Shown here piece after piece: positions 57,526-64,000 of a DNA stretch of 64,000 nt (position 1 is the first letter of the stretch; each line of letters opens with the position of its first letter). Location: assembly GCA_030603365.1 (NCBI GenBank), contig JAUVXV010000004.1, positions 128,001-192,000 on the forward strand, written 5' to 3'. This DNA is from Candidatus Heimdallarchaeota archaeon (GTDB lineage Archaea; Asgardarchaeota; Heimdallarchaeia; Heimdallarchaeales; Heimdallarchaeaceae). Made by a program: the position numbers and the translations under genes. A model generated the notes under the pieces. It was not told the origin of the DNA. It searched no databases and saw nothing but the letters and a program-made list of their open reading frames with translations.

Positions 57526-58755
57526 ATGTCAGAAAATGTTAGTTCTATAGATGAACTTCTCAAAAAGTATAATATTCAATCCCATGATTTAGAATACATT
57601 TTAAACTTCATGCAAAAGGAAAGCATCTCACCCCAATTAGCAATGCGAAGAATAAAACTTTTTGAAAAATTACAAGAAAAAATGTCTCAAACTCAATCTG
57701 ATGAAAAAGTTAGAGAACTTACAACTGAACTTGATCATCTATCCAAGTTAGTAGAAGATTTACAAAAAGAAAAAGCTGATTTGGACAAAGAAATAGAGGA
57801 TACAAGGTTACAACAAGATTTATTCAATGCTGAAAGAGAAGAGCTAAAAATACAAATGCATGCTTTAATGGGTTCGATTGAATCAATTGAAACTGAAGCA
57901 GAACAAGGTGAAGAAACCCTTAAGGTGGAAAACCAAGATCTCAAGAAAAAGCTAGAAATTATGAATGCAGGATGTCAAACCCTAAAAGACAAAGTGCTGA
58001 AATTTGGATCTGAAACCCCCGTTCTTAACCCTCTAATAGACTCCATACAAAGGAGTTTGGATGCAGTAATTGCAGCGAAACAAATCCCTAACGATGTGAA
58101 TTTTTCTGTTCCGCAAGAACTCTTAGCTAGTCCTCAAAAATCAGCACCCATTTCCGTAACCCCTAAAGCTCAAACATCCTCATCAGAAACCATCTCTCCT
58201 GATCAGATAAAATTTGCCACTCCTCCTAAAATTACAGAAAAACAATCTACACCATCGAGTACTAGTTCACCAGCTCCCGTTAGAAAAGAATCAGCTCCAG
58301 CTCCTACAATTTCTAGTTCAGGAAAACTCACAATTAAAGAAAATATTTTTGCTGAGCCAGAGGAAATGGAAAAAGATATATCTCAACCAAAACCTGAGTC
58401 TCGTTCAGCACCAGAACCGGTGCCAATGTCTGAACCTCGACATCCAGCAGAACACAAACCTAAGGCGAAACCTACAAAAGTAGACACCAGAGCAAAGCCA
58501 TCAACAGATGATACAATTGTATCTGCAAAAATTGAAAAAATACTCAAATTATTTATTTCATATGGTCAACAAGCAGATTCGGATGAGAACTGGAAAGCGA
58601 GAATATCTGCAATTTGTGATATGGATGAAGCCTATGTTGAATTAGGTGGATTAGCAATGTCTCAGATTTATGCATATCAAACCCAATCAATAAAGAAGAA
58701 AAAGGAATTTGAAAGACTTCTTAATTCTTGGATGGAAAATGGTTTACCCAGATAG
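57526..58755 (+). CDS. Coiled-coil protein with Pro/Ser/Thr-rich linker and C-terminal helical domain
   Basis: Heptad-rich aa ~45-160, low-complexity aa ~200-330, globular-looking C-terminus. Confidence 0.8.
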   Translation: MSENVSSIDELLKKYNIQSHDLEYILNFMQKESISPQLAMRRIKLFEKLQEKMSQTQSDEKVRELTTELDHLSKLVEDLQKEKADLDKEIEDTRLQQDLFNAEREELKIQMHALMGSIESIETEAEQGEETLKVENQDLKKKLEIMNAGCQTLKDKVLKFGSETPVLNPLIDSIQRSLDAVIAAKQIPNDVNFSVPQELLASPQKSAPISVTPKAQTSSSETISPDQIKFATPPKITEKQSTPSSTSSPAPVRKESAPAPTISSSGKLTIKENIFAEPEEMEKDISQPKPESRSAPEPVPMSEPRHPAEHKPKAKPTKVDTRAKPSTDDTIVSAKIEKILKLFISYGQQADSDENWKARISAICDMDEAYVELGGLAMSQIYAYQTQSIKKKKEFERLLNSWMENGLPR

Positions 58756-58848
58756 AAACCTCATTTATTCTTTTATTTCCTATTTTTACTGGTAATTAAG
58801 CTCTCATCAGAAGAAATAAAAACAGAAAGAAAAACAAGTTACTAAAAT

Positions 58849-58944
58849 GGGCCAGTAGTCTAGCATGGATAAGGCACCGGCCTTCGGAAGTTTATAACTG
58901 AAGACAGTCGGAGGTCGCAGGTTCGAATCCTGCCTGGTCCGCCA
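58849..58944 (+). tRNA. tRNA-Arg(TCG) with an 18-nt intron at 37/38 (58888-58905)
   Basis: GGGCCAG...CCGGC-CT TCG G[AAGTTTATAACTGAAGAC]A-GTCGG...CTGGTCC G CCA; strict BHB (CTTC/GAAG). Confidence 0.94.
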
Positions 58945-58961
58945 ATTTGAGGTTATTATAA

Positions 58962-59711
58962 ATGAATCATAAAACTGTTAAAAATTATTCTGTTTCATTT
59001 TTGTTATTTTTCACGTTCCTGTTGATAATTTTCAATTCTAATCCAATCTTAGCAAATCCTAATCTAAAAACTGACGATTGGTTATCCTACAGCGTTCTAT
59101 CTGCTAGTGAGACTACAAATGCATTCTTTGGTAATTTCCCTCCTGGAACCTATTATGGAGAATGGTCAGTTGTGGATGGTGACAATATCAACTATAATAT
59201 AACTTCAGTTAGAGAAAATGAAATTAATGGAACACTGTTTTTAGGAAATGTATCTAACAATGTCACTTTCTTTGACGTAAGAAATATAGATGTAGCTTTT
59301 GGATTAACCTTAGGTATATACCCTTGGAATGGAGGATTTCTAGCAAATGCTTCCAACTGGGAAACTATTCAAACATTGATTCAAGGAACTAATACCACTG
59401 TTACAGAAATAGATAATTTTAATCATGAAATTGAAGGAGAACAACATTTTTACTCTGTAATTCAATTTAATACTAGTAATTATTATGGGCAGTTCTCTCT
59501 ACTTCATTACCATAGTACCAGTGGTGTTCTTCTCAGAGCTTCCACATCTTATAGTTTGTATGAGCTTAGTATCTCTCTCAGTTCAACAAGTTTAGAATTA
59601 GAGGTTCAAACTCAAACCGCAGGTACTAAATTAGTTTCCTTACTCCCCATTATGCTTTTGATACTCGCTTTTCCTATATTTAGGAGGAGAAATTCCAGAG
59701 GAATAAAATAA
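58962..59711 (+). CDS. Secreted/surface glycoprotein with C-terminal membrane anchor
   Basis: Signal peptide, several N-x-T sequons, C-terminal TM and RRR. Confidence 0.78.
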   Translation: MNHKTVKNYSVSFLLFFTFLLIIFNSNPILANPNLKTDDWLSYSVLSASETTNAFFGNFPPGTYYGEWSVVDGDNINYNITSVRENEINGTLFLGNVSNNVTFFDVRNIDVAFGLTLGIYPWNGGFLANASNWETIQTLIQGTNTTVTEIDNFNHEIEGEQHFYSVIQFNTSNYYGQFSLLHYHSTSGVLLRASTSYSLYELSISLSSTSLELEVQTQTAGTKLVSLLPIMLLILAFPIFRRRNSRGIK

Positions 59712-59798
59712 TTTTTTTCTTTTTTCCCCATTACAATTAACACAAAGGTTTTCATTAACTAGCCGTAAGAGATATTAAACCCAAACCAATATAGAGAA

Positions 59799-60644
59799 TT
59801 GAGAATCATGAGTGAAAGCACACAAACATGTCCTAGTTGTTCTGAAACTGTGCCTTTAGAATACTCTGTTTGTCCCTTTTGTGGATTCGGTCTATTAGAA
59901 TATGAGCTTAGAAAATTCTCGTTTAAGCCATCATTAAAAGAAGTTTTTGTCAGATTGTACAATTTTTACAGACGTCCACTCCAAACCAGTGAAGAAATTG
60001 CTGTAGCTACTGAGAAAAAAGGTGCAAATATAATTTTGTTATTGTTTTCACTGTTTCTTGCACTAAGATTCTTTGTAGTACTAATGAAATTTGGAATCAC
60101 TTTTAGTACAATAATACAGATACCTGCTAATCCTGAACCCGATAAATTCTCTATGGAAATTCCAATGCATTTACTGGTTTTCCTTGTTGCTTTATTATTA
60201 ATGCCTTTAGTAATTTGGATAATGCTCAAAATCTTTATTTTTATCACAACATGGTTTATGGCAAAATTCGCAGCAATGCTAGGATCGGATGCATCAACTA
60301 AACAGTTTCGTTCCATTATTGGCTATTCCTTGGGTGCTATAACTGCCGGAGAGTTACTTGGAATTTTATTTATGCTATTTTTACCGAGTGCAAATATTGG
60401 TAGCTCTGAATATGCAACGTATTCTGATTTTGCTATTTATATGGCTGATATTAGCTCTTCTGCTGGTATGTGGATCTATCGAGTGATAATGCTCGTTTTG
60501 TGGCTTGCCCTAATCATCTACTCTTCTATTTCCTTAAGGATAATAGGAAAAATGGCTTGGGTAAACGCATTTGTAGCAATAACAGTACCTATTGCACTGT
60601 TTGTATATTTCTTCTATTTCGCAGGATTACTCACCGCAGTTTGA
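59799..60644 (+). CDS. Zn-ribbon plus Yip1-domain membrane protein
   Basis: CPSC...CPFC followed by a Yip1-like TM pattern (LG...F.SIIGYS); ATG 59808 possible. Confidence 0.7.
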   Translation: MRIMSESTQTCPSCSETVPLEYSVCPFCGFGLLEYELRKFSFKPSLKEVFVRLYNFYRRPLQTSEEIAVATEKKGANIILLLFSLFLALRFFVVLMKFGITFSTIIQIPANPEPDKFSMEIPMHLLVFLVALLLMPLVIWIMLKIFIFITTWFMAKFAAMLGSDASTKQFRSIIGYSLGAITAGELLGILFMLFLPSANIGSSEYATYSDFAIYMADISSSAGMWIYRVIMLVLWLALIIYSSISLRIIGKMAWVNAFVAITVPIALFVYFFYFAGLLTAV

Positions 60645-60725
60645 TGGTGACCCTCTCTTTTCTTTCATATATTTTGTTTAGAAATTCTTTTGAAATGTTG
60701 TACGATAATCTAATTAGAGGATACC

Positions 60726-61721
60726 ATGAACAAGAAACCAAAAAAAATGATGGGTGATATAGGCGAAAGAAATTTTTTACTTGATATAGCAAATCTTGTT
60801 GATAGTCCAGTTTTAAGTTTTAATGAAGATGCGTCTGCTTTACAATTATCTGAAGATACTATTTTAGTAATAAATGCAGATATGCTAGTCAACTTGACCG
60901 ATGTTCTACCTGGAATGACATCTAATCAGATTGGGCGGAAAGCAGTTACTATGTCTGTAAGCGATATAGTTGCTAAAGGTGTCAATCCAATTGGCTGTTT
61001 GGCAAGTGTTGCTTTTCCTGATGATTTAGAGGTTGTGTCTGCAAAGGAGATAATCAAGGGAATTAAAGATCAATGCACTGAATATAATATCCAATTTTTG
61101 GGTGGAGATCTTAATGAGAGTAGTGACATCATTATAGATGCTATTTCATTTGGAACTTGTTCTAAAGAATCACTGATTCCAAGAATAGGAGTTGATGCAG
61201 GGGATATTTTGTATACAACTGGATATTTCGGTTTGACATCACTTGGCTTTCAATTTTTATTAAGAAACATATATTTGACTGAAGAACTAAAATCTATTGT
61301 CTTAGAATCAGTCTATAATCCTAAAGCGAAAATCCAATATCTGTCGTTATTTCAGAAAATAAAAGTAAAAATCTGTATGGACAGTTCTGATGGGTTAATT
61401 GTAACTCTAGGGGATTTATCCAAGCTTAACGGAATGGGTATTAAAATAACAGAGATACCTATTCATCCAAAAGTCTCTGATTATGCAAAAGCAACTAAAG
61501 TCAATCCATTAGCATTAGTTTTTGGTGGTGGAGAGGAATTCGAACTTGTCTTCGCTATCTCTCCAGATGATGAACAACAACTCATTGAAGAAGCCCAAAA
61601 ACAAAACCTAGTACTAAAAAGAATAGGGGAGTTTTCAGATAAATTTGAAGGTGTTAAAAATCAAGATAATAAGTATAAAGACTATGACTTACCTTTGAAA
61701 GGATATGAACACTTTTCATAA
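60726..61721 (+). CDS. thiL: Thiamine-monophosphate kinase
   Basis: GE-x-x-F, EDAS, SDIVAKG, GGDL, MDSSDGL, GGEEFEL, GYEHF. Confidence 0.92.
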   Translation: MNKKPKKMMGDIGERNFLLDIANLVDSPVLSFNEDASALQLSEDTILVINADMLVNLTDVLPGMTSNQIGRKAVTMSVSDIVAKGVNPIGCLASVAFPDDLEVVSAKEIIKGIKDQCTEYNIQFLGGDLNESSDIIIDAISFGTCSKESLIPRIGVDAGDILYTTGYFGLTSLGFQFLLRNIYLTEELKSIVLESVYNPKAKIQYLSLFQKIKVKICMDSSDGLIVTLGDLSKLNGMGIKITEIPIHPKVSDYAKATKVNPLALVFGGGEEFELVFAISPDDEQQLIEEAQKQNLVLKRIGEFSDKFEGVKNQDNKYKDYDLPLKGYEHFS

Positions 61722-61778
61722 CGTTATAGTTGTGTAAAAATCTTTAATAATTGCTCTTTGTTTTTTCTCTTGATAAAT

Positions 61779-63029
61779 ATGGGTAAAATAACTAAAGTTA
61801 TTCCAAGAGAGATTATTGATTCAAGAGGTAATCCTACTGTTGAAGTTGATATTTATACAACTGGTGGTTTCGGAAGAGCTCTTGTCCCTTCTGGTGCATC
61901 AACAGGAGAGCATGAAGCTTTAGAGCTCAGAGATAAAGACTCTCGATTCCTTGGTAAAGGTGTACTTAAAGCTGTTAATAACATTAGAGAGAAAATAGCT
62001 CCAAAGATTATAGGATTGGAAGTTACAGAACAAGAAGCTATTGATGAACTCATGCTTGAGTTAGATGGAACAGATACTAAATCAAACCTGGGTGCAAATG
62101 CAATGCTCGGGGTGTCTATGGCTGTTTGTAAAGCAGCTGCTAATGAACTTGGTTTACCAATTTATGCTTATTTGAATAAAGAATCTGTTACCTTACCTGT
62201 CCCAATGCTCAATGTAATTAATGGAGGAGAACATGCTGGGGGTAATCTTAGAATCCAAGAATTCATGCTAATACCTCATGGTTTTACTCAATACAAAGAG
62301 GCGTTGAGATCCATTTGTGAGGTTTATCAGATTTTAAGAAATAACTTAAAGAAATTCGGTCCTTCTGCAATTAACTTAGGCGATGAAGGTGGTTTTGGTA
62401 GCCCTGTGGATACTGCACCTGAAGCTCTAGATATGCTAGTTGAAGCTATAAATGAAGCTGGATATACTCCTGGAAAGCACATATCAATAGGTTTAGATTC
62501 TGCTGCATCTGAATTCTATGAAGATAATTTATATGAAGTAGATGGTAAAAAGCTTACTGGAGAACAGTTGGTTGATTATTATATTGATCTTGTTGAGAAA
62601 TATCCAATTATCTCAATAGAAGATCCTTTTGATGAAAATGATTTTGAATCATTTGCTCAATTACTTGTTAAGTTACCTCAAATTTCAATTGTAGCTGATG
62701 ATTTAACAGTGACTAATCCTATTAGAATTAAAATGGCTATAGACAAAAAGGCAGCCAATTATCTACTCCTAAAAGTAAACCAAATCGGTACATTAACAGA
62801 AGCTATCCAAGCAGCTGAACTAGCTAGAAGCAATGGTTGGGGAATAAATATTTCTCACAGATCTGGAGAAACAGAAGATACTTTCATAGCTGATTTAGCA
62901 GTTGCCCTTGGTGCTGAAAGGATCAAAACTGGAGCTCCTGCTAGAGGAGAACGTACAGCTAAATACAATCAACTACTTCGTATTGAAGAGCAATTGGGAA
63001 ATAAAGCAAAATATCTTGGAACCAAATAA
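61779..63029 (+). CDS. eno: Enolase
   Basis: DSRGNPTVE, VPSGASTG, GDEGG, KVNQIG, SHRSGETED. Confidence 0.97.
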   Translation: MGKITKVIPREIIDSRGNPTVEVDIYTTGGFGRALVPSGASTGEHEALELRDKDSRFLGKGVLKAVNNIREKIAPKIIGLEVTEQEAIDELMLELDGTDTKSNLGANAMLGVSMAVCKAAANELGLPIYAYLNKESVTLPVPMLNVINGGEHAGGNLRIQEFMLIPHGFTQYKEALRSICEVYQILRNNLKKFGPSAINLGDEGGFGSPVDTAPEALDMLVEAINEAGYTPGKHISIGLDSAASEFYEDNLYEVDGKKLTGEQLVDYYIDLVEKYPIISIEDPFDENDFESFAQLLVKLPQISIVADDLTVTNPIRIKMAIDKKAANYLLLKVNQIGTLTEAIQAAELARSNGWGINISHRSGETEDTFIADLAVALGAERIKTGAPARGERTAKYNQLLRIEEQLGNKAKYLGTK

Positions 63030-63104
63030 TTGATTTCAATACCATTTTTTTATTCCGTTGGATAATATTTTTAACATTACATGTACTTCTAAAAACGAAA
63101 ATAA

Positions 63105-64000
63105 ATGAAAACATCATACGAACAGCTTCTTGAAAGATATCAAGAAATTCAATTGTTAAATTCTATAAGTGGAGTTCTTTATTGGGATATGAATGTTCAT
63201 ATGCCTCCTGCAGCAGTAGGACATAGAGCGAAACAATTTCAATATATTAGTCAAAAGGTCCATAGTTTAATAACTGATTCTGAAGTAGGTTCGTTATTAA
63301 ACAAATGTAACCAAGATACTTCACTAGATGACCTGCAAAAGCGAAACGTAGAACTAATTCAACGGTCTTATGATAGTAGAACAATATTACCATCTGAATT
63401 AGTGGGAAAACTAGCTGTTCAATCAAATAAAACTCTTGAAATTTGGAAAAAAGCAAAAGCTAAAACTGATTTTCAAATGGTTTTACCAGATCTAGAAGTT
63501 CTTTTTGATCTAAACGTAGAGTCTGCTCAATTATTAGCCAAATCAAAAAATATGAATGACCCTTTTGATGCTTTGATTGATGATAGAGATAAGGGTTTTA
63601 GCGTTAGTCTATTAACCAAACTTTTTGATGAAGCTAAATCATTTTTAGTTCCATTTATCAAAAAATGTAAAGAATCAGGCACACAGCCAGATAGATCTTT
63701 TCTCACAAGACCAGTTCCACGCTCAACACAAGTTAAAATGGTTGAAAATCTTGCCAAATTTCTGGATTATGACTTTCATTCAGAAAATGCTGTGGGTAAT
63801 ATAGCTGAAGTAGAACATCCACTTACAATAGGTGGTGGTTTCAAAGATGTCAGAGTTACAGTCAAATATCACGAAGATAATGTTCTAGCAGCTTTCCTAG
63901 CAGGAGCCCATGAGTGTGGGCATGCTATCCATAGTTTACAAGGAAAAGAAGAGTGGTACAACCAACCCATTTATCGGATGTCCTCTCCTAGTTTCGGAGA
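63105..64000 (+). CDS. Carboxypeptidase M32 (Taq-type), truncated at the window end
   Basis: Not in the ORF track. Hand translation gives MKTSYEQLL...LYWDMNVHMPP...HRAKQ at the start and EHPLT...DVRVT...HECGH near the end. Confidence 0.9.
   Translation, partial: MKTSYEQLLERYQEIQLLNSISGVLYWDMNVHMPPAAVGHRAKQFQYISQKVHSLITDSEVGSLLNKCNQDTSLDDLQKRNVELIQRSYDSRTILPSELVGKLAVQSNKTLEIWKKAKAKTDFQMVLPDLEVLFDLNVESAQLLAKSKNMNDPFDALIDDRDKGFSVSLLTKLFDEAKSFLVPFIKKCKESGTQPDRSFLTRPVPRSTQVKMVENLAKFLDYDFHSENAVGNIAEVEHPLTIGGGFKDVRVTVKYHEDNVLAAFLAGAHECGHAIHSLQGKEEWYNQPIYRMSSPSFG

Noticed and set aside
1-64000. CRISPR arrays, rRNA genes, IS elements
   Set aside because: No regularly spaced repeats, long GC-rich structural RNA or transposase motifs seen on reading

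Overview
AT-rich archaeal chromosomal segment, most likely from an Asgard archaeon of the Heimdallarchaeia type. This assignment is inference, based on eS26, archaeal uS19/TrmY/TrmI, BHB tRNA introns, GGTGA-type SD motifs, an Arf-fold protein, a presenilin-like protease and bacterial-type uvrBC. The window holds about 55 CDS covering catabolism, ABC/ECF transport, repair and translation, and five tRNA genes: Ala-TGC with a non-canonical 59/60 intron, Thr-TGT, Asn-GTT with intron, Val-GAC and Arg-TCG with intron. There are three gene remnants. I saw no CRISPR array, rRNA or transposase. The most notable item is a tightly linked five-gene operon (30197-36124). It encodes a catalytically dead Arf-like protein, a PrkA/YeaG-like AAA+ ATPase, a YeaH-like vWA protein, a SpoVR-like zincin and a HEAT-repeat protein. 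Also notable are an oligopeptide ABC permease fused to a large extracellular LVIVD beta-propeller in an operon lacking a substrate-binding protein, and a candidate ORB-containing replication origin beside tRNA-Ala with no adjacent cdc6. All family assignments come from motif recognition by eye; no searches were run.
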